This document shows, piece by piece, positions 29,999 through 39,166 of a stretch of 64,000 bases of DNA. The stretch is from a bacterium. Its GTDB lineage: Bacteria > Zhuqueibacterota > Zhuqueibacteria > Oceanimicrobiales > Oceanimicrobiaceae. The position numbers were made by a program, and so were the translations under genes. Location of the stretch: the NCBI GenBank assembly GCA_037446635.1, contig JBBIIG010000014.1, positions 16,294 to 80,293 of the forward strand. Direction: 5' to 3'. The notes under the pieces are model-generated. The model did no database searches. It saw only the letters and a program-made list of their open reading frames with translations, and was not told where the DNA came from. Within the stretch, counting starts at the first letter, position 1. Each line of letters opens with the position of its first letter.

Positions 29999-32740
29999 AT
30001 GCCAACGGTACGGTTTACAAAATCAATTTTATGGACGTTGCTGGCGAGCGCGATATTGCTGGCCGCAACGAACCTGTGGGCGGCGGGAGAATTCGTTCTA
30101 TCCACGCGCTCCGATTTTTCCACCAATGATCGCATTTTCACCCGCGACGACACGCTGTTCATGAAAGTCATTGTGCCCAATATCGATGTCACTGAAATTC
30201 ACGACAACGAATTTCGTTTGCACGCTGAGAGCGGCGGCGGAAATTTCGAGGGCAAATTCACCAACCATCTGAACGGCACCTTCACCGCGAAGCTGGCGCT
30301 AAAAAACGCCGATCCCGGCGAAGCTAACTGGGAATGGCGCGGCCGCATCCGCGATCGCCACGGCCGCGAATTTGAAGCCGAAGTGAATCTGCAAATCGTC
30401 GCCAGCATCAATGGCGATATCGAAGTGAGGCTCAAGGGTAAGATTGAGGCACTGGGTGCGGATTTTGTCGTTGTCCAAAAAACGAAAGTCTTTGTGGATG
30501 CCCATACCCAAATCGTTGATGAAAATGGACAGGCGTTGACGTTCGTCGATTTGCGCGTCGGGCAGTCGGTGACAGTGACCGCGGTACGGAAAGAGAACGG
30601 CGATCTACTGGCGCGGCGCATCGCGTTTGTTTCGCGTTCGGAAAACGAACTGGAGTTGAAAGGCGTCATCGAAAGCATCGACGAAAGCAGTCTCGTGGTG
30701 CTTGGTCTCACGTTCAAGGTCGATGCCAACACCGAAATTGAAGACCACGACAACAACCCGATTTCGTTGAATGATTTATCGGTTGGCCAGTTCGTGGAAA
30801 TCAAAGCGAAAATTCAGAGCGACGGCTCGCGGCTGGCGCTGCGCATCCGCGTTGAAGATCACTCCGGTGAAATCGAATTGAAGGGGAAAATTGAAGCGCT
30901 GGGCGACCACAGTTTGGTTGTCTCCGGCGTGACGTTTGAAGTTACAGCGAATACCGAAATCCTCGGCGACGATAACCAGCTTATTTCGTTTGCCGATTTG
31001 CAGGTCGGCTTTTTGGTGGAGGTGAAAGGCATTCCAACTCAAGGGGAAACGATCATGGCAACGCGCATCAAAGTGGAGGGAGAATTATTTGTCGATGATG
31101 AAATCGAGTTTACCGGGCTGGTGTTCGAGGTCGGCGATCATTTCATCGTGGTTTCCGGGTTGCGATTTGAAGTGAGCGCCGCCACCGTGATTTTAGATGA
31201 CGACAATCATCCCATTACTTTGGCCGACATTCGCGCCGGCGTGTTTGTGGAAATTCGCGCGGACGTTGCCGCCGATGGCTCATTGCAAGCGACCAAAATT
31301 AAAATCGAAGATCGCTTCGACGATGAGGTCGAATTGACCGGCGAAATCGAAAGCATCGGAGAAAACACCCTGACGGTCGATGGCAAAGTTTTTGTGGTCA
31401 ACGAAAGCACGGTGGTGCTGGACAACCGGAACCTGCCGATTCCCTTCAGTGCGCTGCAGGTTGGGATGCTCGTCGAAGTGCGCGCTGATTTGCAGTTGGA
31501 CGGCTCGCTGCTGGCGACGCGCATCAAAATCGAAGATCGCGATGACGACGAAGTGGAGCTGACGGGCCGCATTGAGGCGATTGTTGGCCAAACGCTGGTG
31601 GTCGGCGGCTTCACGTTCACCGTGGACGCCAACACCGTTGTTCTCGACAACCGCAATAACGCAATCGCCTTTGCCGACCTGCGCGTTGGGTTGATTGTGG
31701 AGATTCGCGCCGATAAGCAATTGGACGGAACGCTGCTCGCCACCCGCATCAAAATTGAAGACCGCATGGCAGACGAAGTGGAAATCACCGGATTGATTGA
31801 AGCCCTCACCGAGTCCGCGATCACCGTCGCAGGCCAAACCTTCCTGTTCACGGAAAACACCATCGTGCTGGATAATAACAATTTGCCCATTCCGCGCGCG
31901 AATCTTTCGGTGGGGCAGCGGGTGGAAATCAAAGGCGATCTTTTGGCGGACGGCACGCTCATCGCGCTGCGAATAAAATTAGAGGACGGCGCCAACAACG
32001 AAGTGGAGGTTGAAGGGCCAATCTCCGCGGTTGGTCTCGGCACGCTTGCGGTTCTGGAAAATAATTTCATCGTCAACCTCGGCACCGAGATTCTCGACAT
32101 CAACAATTTGCCAATCACATTGGGCGATTTGTTAGTTGGACAGGTCGTGAAAGTGCGCGCTGTGCTGGAACTGAACGGCACGCGCATCGCTACGCGCATT
32201 CAGTTGAAAAACGTGGTTGTGATGTCAGGCAATATCGCGCAGGTGAACGTGAATAGCGTGGTGATTTTGAATAAAGTTGTGAAGATTGATGCCAACACGT
32301 TGATTCTGGCCGAACAGAATCGCGCCATCGCTTTTGCGGATTTGAAAGTCGGCGACCGCGTGGAAGTGCGCGGTGAGCCGCAGCCCAACGATGAAGTAAA
32401 CGCGACGAAAATCAAAACTCAGCAGCCGAATGTGATTACCGGTATCGGCGATTCTGATGCGGGTTCCAACCTTCCCAAGCAGTTTGCGCTGGAGCAGAAT
32501 TATCCCAATCCCTTCAACCCGAGCACGAACATCAGTTACAATCTCGCGCGCGACGGCCGGGTTCGTCTCGCGGTGTACAACTTGCTGGGTCAGCGAGTCG
32601 CCACGCTGGTGGACGAGGTTCGCCCGGCTGGGAGTCACACTTTAACCTGGAATGCCGCGAATCTTCCCAGCGGCATTTACATCTACCGTCTGGAAGCCGG
32701 CGGCAATGTGTTGTCGCGGCGGATGACACTTTTGAAGTGA
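29999..32740 (+). CDS. 914-aa T9SS cargo protein made of about 10 tandem DUF5666-like repeats
   Basis: A repeat unit of about 60 aa ('...TVDGKVFVVNESTVVLDNRNLPIPFSALQVGMLVEVRADLQLDGSLLATRIKIEDR...') recurs about 10 times. C-terminal 'FALEQNYPNPFNPSTNISYNLARDGRVRLAVYNLLGQRVATLVDEVRPAGSHTLTWNAANLPSGIYIYRLEAGGNVLSRRMTLLK' is the T9SS sorting domain. Start at ATG 29999, after AGGAGG. Confidence 0.75.
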   Translation: MPTVRFTKSILWTLLASAILLAATNLWAAGEFVLSTRSDFSTNDRIFTRDDTLFMKVIVPNIDVTEIHDNEFRLHAESGGGNFEGKFTNHLNGTFTAKLALKNADPGEANWEWRGRIRDRHGREFEAEVNLQIVASINGDIEVRLKGKIEALGADFVVVQKTKVFVDAHTQIVDENGQALTFVDLRVGQSVTVTAVRKENGDLLARRIAFVSRSENELELKGVIESIDESSLVVLGLTFKVDANTEIEDHDNNPISLNDLSVGQFVEIKAKIQSDGSRLALRIRVEDHSGEIELKGKIEALGDHSLVVSGVTFEVTANTEILGDDNQLISFADLQVGFLVEVKGIPTQGETIMATRIKVEGELFVDDEIEFTGLVFEVGDHFIVVSGLRFEVSAATVILDDDNHPITLADIRAGVFVEIRADVAADGSLQATKIKIEDRFDDEVELTGEIESIGENTLTVDGKVFVVNESTVVLDNRNLPIPFSALQVGMLVEVRADLQLDGSLLATRIKIEDRDDDEVELTGRIEAIVGQTLVVGGFTFTVDANTVVLDNRNNAIAFADLRVGLIVEIRADKQLDGTLLATRIKIEDRMADEVEITGLIEALTESAITVAGQTFLFTENTIVLDNNNLPIPRANLSVGQRVEIKGDLLADGTLIALRIKLEDGANNEVEVEGPISAVGLGTLAVLENNFIVNLGTEILDINNLPITLGDLLVGQVVKVRAVLELNGTRIATRIQLKNVVVMSGNIAQVNVNSVVILNKVVKIDANTLILAEQNRAIAFADLKVGDRVEVRGEPQPNDEVNATKIKTQQPNVITGIGDSDAGSNLPKQFALEQNYPNPFNPSTNISYNLARDGRVRLAVYNLLGQRVATLVDEVRPAGSHTLTWNAANLPSGIYIYRLEAGGNVLSRRMTLLK

Positions 32741-32919
32741 CCCGGAATTGCCCGGAATTGCCTGGCACTTCAAAAGTGCCAGGCAATTTTAACCCCACGT
32801 TGTGTAGGGGCGTATGGCCATACGCCCCTACTGTGAAATGATTCTGTAACCCGGGGGGGCGATTCATGAATCGTCCCTCCGGGATCCCATAATTATCGCC
32901 TTTCTCCTTAAATCAAAAG

Positions 32920-32966
32920 CAGGCGCGGACGTTTGAAAGTCTCGCGCCTGCTTTATTTTTCTGGAT
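32920..32966 (+). terminator. rho-independent terminator
   Basis: 'gcaggcgcggacgtttgaaagtctcgcgcctgc' hairpin followed by 'tttattttt'. Confidence 0.65.
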
Positions 32967-33042
32967 GAAATTTTTCATTCAAAGGGTTGCCTTAGTTGCA
33001 AAGATTGTTAGATTGATGGATTAATTCAAGGAGACCAAATTC

Positions 33043-34434
33043 ATGCCGACCGAAAAATTCGACGCCATCGTCATCGGCTCCGGACAGGGTGGGGGGCCGC
33101 TTGCCACCACCCTCGCCAACGCCGGCTGGAAAAGCGCGCTCATCGAAAAAGAGCACGTGGGCGGCACCTGTGTGAACGAAGGCTGCACGCCGACGAAAAC
33201 TATGGTCGCCAGCGCCCGCGTGGCGTATTTGACGAGGCGCGCTGCGGACTACGGGGTCCACACCGGGCCGATCAGCGTGGATATGAAAAAAGTGCGCCAG
33301 CGCAAGCGGGACATCGTCACCAGCTTCCGCAGCGGCAGCCAGAAGCGAATGGAGAGCACTAAAAATCTCGAGCTGATTTTTGGCGAAGCGCGCTTCACGG
33401 CGCCGAAAACCATCGAAGTGAAATTGAACGCGGGCGGCGTGCGACAAATGGCCGCCGATAAAATTATCATCAACACTGGCACGCGGCCGGTGAATCCACC
33501 GGTGCCGGGACTCGATCAGGTTCCCACGCTCAACTCAACTTCGATCATGGAACTCGACACCGTGCCGAAGCGCCTGCTGGTAATGGGCGGCGGCTACATC
33601 GGTTTGGAGTTCGGACAAATGTTCCGGCGTTTCGGCAGCGAGGTGACGATTGTCCAGCGCGGCAAGCAACTGCTGGCGCGCGAAGACGACGACGTAGCCG
33701 ATGAGGTCGCAAAAATTCTGCGCGCAGATGGCATCGAAGTGCTGCTGGAAACCGAAGCCGTGAGCGTTTCAAAAAATTCGAATGGCGAAATTAATCTCAA
33801 AGTCAAAAACAGCGCGGGCGAACGAACGCTGACCGGGACGCATTTTCTGGTGGCGGTGGGTCGTATTCCCAACAGCGATCGCCTCAACCTCGAATCCGCC
33901 GGCGTGAAGCTTGACAAACGCGGCTTCATTCAAGTAAACGAGCGGCTCGAAACCTCGGCGGCGGAGGTGTACGCCCTCGGCGATGTGAAGGGCGGACCGA
34001 TGTTCACTCACATTTCTTACGATGATTTTCGCATCCTGCGCGCCAATCTTTTGGAAAAGGATGGCGCCGCGATCACGGGGCGGCTGGTGCCCTACACGGT
34101 GTTCATCGATCCGCAATTAGGCCGCGTGGGATTGACCGAAACCGAAGCCCGCGAAAGAGGCTTGAATTTCAAAGTCGCGAAAATGCCCATGAATTACGTC
34201 GCTCGCGCGTTGGAAATGGACGAGTCCCGCGGCTTCATGAAAGCCGTTGTGGATGCCGGCAGCAAACAAATTCTCGGCGCCGCGATTTTTGGCATCGAGG
34301 GCGGGGAGATGATGGCGGCCCTGCAAATAGCGATGATGGGCAAGCTGCCGTACACCGTATTGCGCGACGCCGTCTTTGCGCACCCCACTTTAGCGGAGGC
34401 CTTCAACAATCTTTTCTCGACATTGGATTCGTAG
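33043..34434 (+). CDS. class-I FAD-dependent pyridine nucleotide-disulfide oxidoreductase (dihydrolipoamide dehydrogenase / MerA-core-like)
   Basis: FAD fold '[12 protein letters not shown]'. Redox-active disulfide '[13 protein letters not shown]'. NAD fold '[14 protein letters not shown]'. C-terminal dimerisation-domain 'HPTLAEAF'. No NmerA domain or C-terminal Cys pair. GGAG RBS. Confidence 0.75.
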   Translation: MPTEKFDAIVIGSGQGGGPLATTLANAGWKSALIEKEHVGGTCVNEGCTPTKTMVASARVAYLTRRAADYGVHTGPISVDMKKVRQRKRDIVTSFRSGSQKRMESTKNLELIFGEARFTAPKTIEVKLNAGGVRQMAADKIIINTGTRPVNPPVPGLDQVPTLNSTSIMELDTVPKRLLVMGGGYIGLEFGQMFRRFGSEVTIVQRGKQLLAREDDDVADEVAKILRADGIEVLLETEAVSVSKNSNGEINLKVKNSAGERTLTGTHFLVAVGRIPNSDRLNLESAGVKLDKRGFIQVNERLETSAAEVYALGDVKGGPMFTHISYDDFRILRANLLEKDGAAITGRLVPYTVFIDPQLGRVGLTETEARERGLNFKVAKMPMNYVARALEMDESRGFMKAVVDAGSKQILGAAIFGIEGGEMMAALQIAMMGKLPYTVLRDAVFAHPTLAEAFNNLFSTLDS

Positions 34435-34477
34435 AAGACAGTCCGAAATTGTAGCCAAAGTTGTCCGCAGCGGACGC

Positions 34478-35428
34478 GTGGAGAGCAGCCACCGTGGGCA
34501 CATTACTGTAGTCGATGCCGACGGAAATTTGCACGCGTCTGTGGGCGATCCTAACCACGCTACCTACATGCGCTCCGCCGCCAAGCCGGTGCAGATCATG
34601 CCGCTGCTCGAAGACGGCGTGGACCAACATTTCGGACTCACCGATTCGGAGCTGGCAGTGATCATGGCTTCGCACAACGGCGAGGAGGTTCACGTTCGCG
34701 CCGTTGAAAGCATCCTCAAAAAAATTGGACTCACGGACAGCAATCTCAAATGCGGCTTTCATCCCCCGATGTACGGACCCGCCGCGGCTCATCACATCCA
34801 ACAAAATCTTCCCAAATCCCCGATTTACAACAACTGCTCCGGCAAGCACTCCGGCATGTTGGCGGTGGCTAAATTTCACAACTGGCCGCTGGAGAATTAC
34901 CTCGATCCCCATCATTCCCTGCAAAGTCGCATCAAAGAACGGATGGCGTTTTTCTCGGGTTTAAATGAAGATGAAATCGGCGTGGGCGTGGATGGCTGCA
35001 GCGCGCCGGTGTTTTATCTGCCCCTCAAAAACATGGCGCTGATTTATGCGAAGTTAGCCGCGGGTGTGACTCAATCCGCCAACCGAGTTTTTGAAATCAT
35101 GACTGCTCATCCGGAAATGATTGCCGGCACCGGCCGCTTCGATTCTGAATTGATGCGAGTGACGTCCGGCCGCATGATCAGCAAAGTCGGCGCGGAGGGA
35201 ATTCGGTGCGTTGGAGTTGTGGGTGAGCGGCCGCTGGGTATTGCTCTCAAAATTGCAGACGGCAGCAAACGCGCTTCGGAGGCGGTGATGCTGGAGGCGC
35301 TGGGGCAATTGAAGTTGATTTCTGAAGCCGAATTGGATGCTCTGGCAGATTTTTATCGTCCCGAGATTGTGAATTTTGCGGGAATTGAGACGGGCGTCAT
35401 TCGTCCGGAGTTTGAGTTGCGGCTCTAA
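34478..35428 (+). CDS. asparaginase-II family (PF06089-like) protein
   Basis: 'ESSHRGHITVVDADGNLHASVGDPNHATYMRSAAKPVQIMPLLE...' matches the family N-region. The only in-frame start is GTG 34478. The conserved region upstream ('EIVAKVVRSGRV') has no start codon and abuts the stop of the preceding gene. Confidence 0.6.
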   Translation: MESSHRGHITVVDADGNLHASVGDPNHATYMRSAAKPVQIMPLLEDGVDQHFGLTDSELAVIMASHNGEEVHVRAVESILKKIGLTDSNLKCGFHPPMYGPAAAHHIQQNLPKSPIYNNCSGKHSGMLAVAKFHNWPLENYLDPHHSLQSRIKERMAFFSGLNEDEIGVGVDGCSAPVFYLPLKNMALIYAKLAAGVTQSANRVFEIMTAHPEMIAGTGRFDSELMRVTSGRMISKVGAEGIRCVGVVGERPLGIALKIADGSKRASEAVMLEALGQLKLISEAELDALADFYRPEIVNFAGIETGVIRPEFELRL

Positions 35429-35509
35429 ACACCGGGGTCTTTAAGACGCCGGAGTTTCATTGATCTACTTTCGTGCAAACTCCGGGGTCTTTAAGACCCG
35501 GAGTTTTAG
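35428..35509. repeat. two copies of a conserved terminator-like hairpin AAACTCCGGGGTCTTTAAGACCCCGGAGTTT (third copy at 37088-37116)
   Basis: Copies at 35428-35457 and 35478-35509, right after the asparaginase-II stop. A near-identical copy follows the tryptophanase stop. A-tract before and T-tract after the stem allow bidirectional termination. Confidence 0.65.
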
Positions 35510-35707
35510 TGAGTTTCTCTCACTTTTGCGTTTCCGTTTATCAGAAATAAGAAAAGTTCTCTCCCCACGGAAATCTCCCAATTCAGCAGAGCTTTATAAA
35601 TCAGTCGGTTAAACTCCTCTAGAATCTCACCCAAAATCTGGCATCATTTTCGCTTGAGCGACTTAAACCTTTGCAAGGTTTTTTGAAATCAAACCGAGGA
35701 GAACATA

Positions 35708-37084
35708 ATGCAATTCCCTGCTGAGCCGTTCAAAATCAAAGTCGTGGAAAAAGTCAAACGCACTACCCGCGAGGAGCGCGACCGGCTGCTGCGGGAGGGC
35801 GGATTCAATGTTTTCAATTTGCCGGCGGAGAGCATCTACATCGATCTGCTCACCGACAGCGGCACCGCGGCCATGAGCGACTACCAGTGGGCCGGCCTGA
35901 TGATGGGCGATGAGTCCTACGCCGGCAGCCGCAATTTTTACAACTTCCAAAATGTTGCGCGCGAGATTTTCGGGTTCAAACACATCGTGCCCACTCACCA
36001 GGGGCGCGTGGCGGAGAACCTGCTGTTCTCGGTGGTGCTGAAAGAGGGCGACATCGTCCCCAACAATATCCACTTTGACACCACGCGCGCCAACGTGGAG
36101 TATCACAAAGCCCGCGCCGCGGATCTGGTAATCGATGAGGGCTTGGACCCGAGCAGCGAGTTTGCGTTCAAAGGCAACATAGATTTGCGGAAGTTGGAGG
36201 CCGTGATCAAAGAGTACGGACGCGAGCGCATCCCGCTGGTGATGATGACCATCACCAACAACTCCGGCGGCGGCCAGCCGGTATCGATGCAGAATATTCG
36301 CGAGACCAAAGCGCTTTTACAGAAATACAACATCCCGCTCTTTTTCGACGCCTGCCGTTTTGCCGAGAATTGTTATTTCATCAAAGAGCGCGAGCCGGGC
36401 TGCGAAAACAAAACCATCCTCGAAATCGCGCAGGAATTGTTTTCTTACGGCGACGGCTGCACCATGAGCGCCAAAAAAGACGGATTGGTGAACATCGGCG
36501 GGTTCCTCGCCACCAACAATGACGAGTGGGCCGAGCACATCAAGAATCTCGAAATTTTGATAGAGGGCTTTCCCACCTACGGCGGACTCGCCGGCCGCGA
36601 CCTCGAAGCCATGGCGCGCGGCCTGCAGGAAGTGCTGGATGAAGATTACCTGCGCTTCCGCATCAGTCAAGTCCGCAATCTCGGTGAGCAGTTGATCGCC
36701 GCCGGCGTGCCGATTGTCAAGCCCGTGGGTGGCCACGCGGTTTATCTCAATGCCCGCGAGTTTCTGCCGCACATTCCGCAGGAACAATTTCCGGCGCAGG
36801 CGCTGACGGTGGCGCTCTATCGCGAAGCCGGCATCCGCGCGGTGGAAATCGGCAGCTTGATGTTCGGCTCGAAAGACCCGAAGACCGGCAAAGTCACGTA
36901 TCCCAAGTTGGAATTGGTGCGGCTGGCGATTCCGCGGCGAGTTTATACGACGATGCATATCAACTACGTGGCGGAATCGATCATCGAGATTTTCAAGAAT
37001 CGCGAGTCGTTGAAGGGGCTGCGAATCGTGAAAGAAGCGCCGTTTCTGCGTCACTTCACGGCGGTGTTGGAGGAGGTGGGGTGA
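35708..37084 (+). CDS. tnaA: tryptophanase (tryptophan indole-lyase; beta-eliminating lyase family, PLP-dependent)
   Basis: 'AEPFKIKVVEKVKRTTREERDRLLREGGFNVFNL..IYIDLLTDSGT' and 'FPAQALTVALYREAGIRAVEIGSLMFGSKDPKTGK' match E. coli TnaA more closely than tyrosine phenol-lyase. 458 aa. GGAG RBS. Confidence 0.7.
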   Translation: MQFPAEPFKIKVVEKVKRTTREERDRLLREGGFNVFNLPAESIYIDLLTDSGTAAMSDYQWAGLMMGDESYAGSRNFYNFQNVAREIFGFKHIVPTHQGRVAENLLFSVVLKEGDIVPNNIHFDTTRANVEYHKARAADLVIDEGLDPSSEFAFKGNIDLRKLEAVIKEYGRERIPLVMMTITNNSGGGQPVSMQNIRETKALLQKYNIPLFFDACRFAENCYFIKEREPGCENKTILEIAQELFSYGDGCTMSAKKDGLVNIGGFLATNNDEWAEHIKNLEILIEGFPTYGGLAGRDLEAMARGLQEVLDEDYLRFRISQVRNLGEQLIAAGVPIVKPVGGHAVYLNAREFLPHIPQEQFPAQALTVALYREAGIRAVEIGSLMFGSKDPKTGKVTYPKLELVRLAIPRRVYTTMHINYVAESIIEIFKNRESLKGLRIVKEAPFLRHFTAVLEEVG

Positions 37085-37298
37085 TCTAAACTCCGGGGTC
37101 TGGAAGAACCCGGAGATTTATAAGCAATTTTCGAAAATCGGATAACGTTATTCGGTTTTCGATTTCCGATTTCCGAATCCCAAAAATAAGCCTTGAAAAT
37201 CCACCTTTATTATCCTATATTGTGGCGTTTTATTCTTGAAAATAAACCGAACCCTGTCAGGGTTTCAAACCCTGACAGGTTATGACAGCGGAGGTTAA

Positions 37299-37973
37299 TT
37301 GCTCAAAGCCGTGCTCTTTGATTACGATGGCGTATTAGTTGACAGCATGAATTATCATGTGCAGGCCTGGCAGATCGTGTTCAAAGAATTCAACATCGAG
37401 ATTCGCCCCGAAGAGGTGTTGCTTGCCGAAGGCGCCCGTTCCATTGAGTTGGCGCGTCAAATTTTGTCCCAAAATAACATTCTCATTGCGGAAGATAAAT
37501 TAGTGGAGTTTGTAGAAAAGAAGCAGCGGACTTATCATGAAATCACCGGCGCCAAATTTTTGGAGGATGCGCGAAAGTTGATTCTGAAAGTAAAGAAGCG
37601 TGAGATGCGCGTGGGAGTGGTGAGCGGCGGCGCGCGCTTCGATATTGAAAATTCGCTGCCGCCGGACGTGCGCGGGCAAATCGATGTGATTATTTCCGGC
37701 GAAGACGTTCGCCGCGGCAAACCCGACCCCGAAGGATACCTGAACGCCGCGCAGAAGTTAGGGGTATTGCCAGCCGAGTGTTTGGTGATCGAGAACGCGC
37801 CGTTTGGCATTGAGGCCGCGAAACGCGCCGGGATGAAAGTGGCCGCGGTGGCGACGACCTTGCCGCGGCATCTGTTAAATGGCGCCGATTTTCACGCCGA
37901 TGATCTCGCGCACTTGAATAAACAATGGCCATTAATTTTTAAGCCGCAAGTCCAAACCCAGAAAGTCGATTGA
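37299..37973 (+). CDS. HAD-superfamily hydrolase (beta-phosphoglucomutase-like subfamily IA)
   Basis: Motif I 'VLFDYDGVLVDS'. Motif 'VVSGGAR'. 'GKPDPEGY'. TTG start. Confidence 0.7.
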   Translation: MLKAVLFDYDGVLVDSMNYHVQAWQIVFKEFNIEIRPEEVLLAEGARSIELARQILSQNNILIAEDKLVEFVEKKQRTYHEITGAKFLEDARKLILKVKKREMRVGVVSGGARFDIENSLPPDVRGQIDVIISGEDVRRGKPDPEGYLNAAQKLGVLPAECLVIENAPFGIEAAKRAGMKVAAVATTLPRHLLNGADFHADDLAHLNKQWPLIFKPQVQTQKVD

Positions 37974-39166
37974 TCTTTTTACCCAAGGAATGGTTCGTGC
38001 CAGTTAATCGTACTATTCGAAGTTTTGTTATTCATCTCTTCCTTCTCGTTTTATTTTTTTCTTGCACACAGAATCCCATCCAGGTTGATGTCCGCGTCTC
38101 GCCGGAGCTATCCGAGCTTATTGTGCCGGCGCTGGTGTACAATCAATCTGCCCGCAAACACGTGATCTCGGTTAAAGTGGTAGATCCCCAGGGCGTAGCG
38201 GACATTTCGCAAGTATCGCTCACGATTACCAAAGCCGGCGAGTCCGTTCCGGCGCTGCAAAAAAATCTGGTGGATGACGGAACTCAGGGGGACATCATTC
38301 CCAAGGATGGCGTGTTCGCGGCGCAAATTGATGGCAACTTCGCTGGGGGCGAGGTCGGCGAGTTTCGCGCAGCGGCATCGGCCACCGACTTAAGCGGTAA
38401 CCAGAGTAACACGCTGGAGGCGACCATCACCGTCGCGGCGGGCGCCGAGAATCTGCCGCCGGAAATTAAAAATGTTTCGGCGCCGAGTTCGGTGGCAGTG
38501 GATGTGCCGTCGGATTTTATTGTGCAAGTGGAGATCACCGATCCCAATGGTCTGGAAGACGTGCTTCTCGTGCGCTCGGAATTTTTTCCGCCAGCTCACC
38601 CAACTCCAACAAAAGTTGACACTCTCAACGATGATGGCCTGAATGGCGATATCGAAGCCGGCGACGGGGTTTACACCGCCACGTTTAGCTCAAGCCAATT
38701 TCGGGAAGCAGCGGATTATTTTCTGCGCATTGTGGCGGAAGACCGCGCGGGCGATTTCAGCGCGGCGGCGGTGGCCGGAATCCGCGGCGTATTTTTGAAT
38801 CCACGCGCGCCAGTGATCTCCAATTTAGTGGCGCCCGACACCGTTCGGGTGGACCCCAATCAGGTGGTGCAGATTTTAATGACCATCGACGCCTCCGACC
38901 CGCAGGGTTTGTCGGACATCGATTTCGTGCGCTTCCGCAGCTTCCTGCCCGATGGCCGGGAAGCCACCGACAGCCCGTTTGAAATGGCCGACGACGGCAA
39001 CCGCGCCCGCAGCGGCGATCTGATTGCCGGCGACGGCACCTACAGCATCATCATCAATCTGCCGCCAGGGACCACGCCCGGAAATTTTCGTTTCGTGTTT
39101 GAAGCCAAAGATAAATCGAATTTGTTCAGCAACCAAATCGAACATATTATCACGGTGATTCAGTGA
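37970..39166 (+). CDS. hypothetical lipoprotein with four repeated about 95-aa beta-sandwich domains
   Basis: Lipobox LFFSC. Recurring 'xDDGxxGDxxAGDGVYT' motifs ('NDDGLNGDIEAGDGVYTATF', 'ADDGNRARSGDLIAGDGTYSII'). Confidence 0.55.
   Translation: MIFLPKEWFVPVNRTIRSFVIHLFLLVLFFSCTQNPIQVDVRVSPELSELIVPALVYNQSARKHVISVKVVDPQGVADISQVSLTITKAGESVPALQKNLVDDGTQGDIIPKDGVFAAQIDGNFAGGEVGEFRAAASATDLSGNQSNTLEATITVAAGAENLPPEIKNVSAPSSVAVDVPSDFIVQVEITDPNGLEDVLLVRSEFFPPAHPTPTKVDTLNDDGLNGDIEAGDGVYTATFSSSQFREAADYFLRIVAEDRAGDFSAAAVAGIRGVFLNPRAPVISNLVAPDTVRVDPNQVVQILMTIDASDPQGLSDIDFVRFRSFLPDGREATDSPFEMADDGNRARSGDLIAGDGTYSIIINLPPGTTPGNFRFVFEAKDKSNLFSNQIEHIITVIQ

Noticed and set aside
31207-32199. 330-aa and 185-aa minus-strand ORFs inside the DUF5666-repeat gene
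   Set aside because: They are antisense shadow ORFs produced by the periodic, codon-biased repeat DNA. Low-complexity Ser/Thr/Arg-rich translation, no RBS.
30400-32400. Possible CRISPR array suggested by regularly spaced repeats
   Set aside because: The periodicity is about 180 nt, the 'repeats' are degenerate, and the whole region is translated as protein domain repeats. There are no short identical direct repeats with unique spacers.
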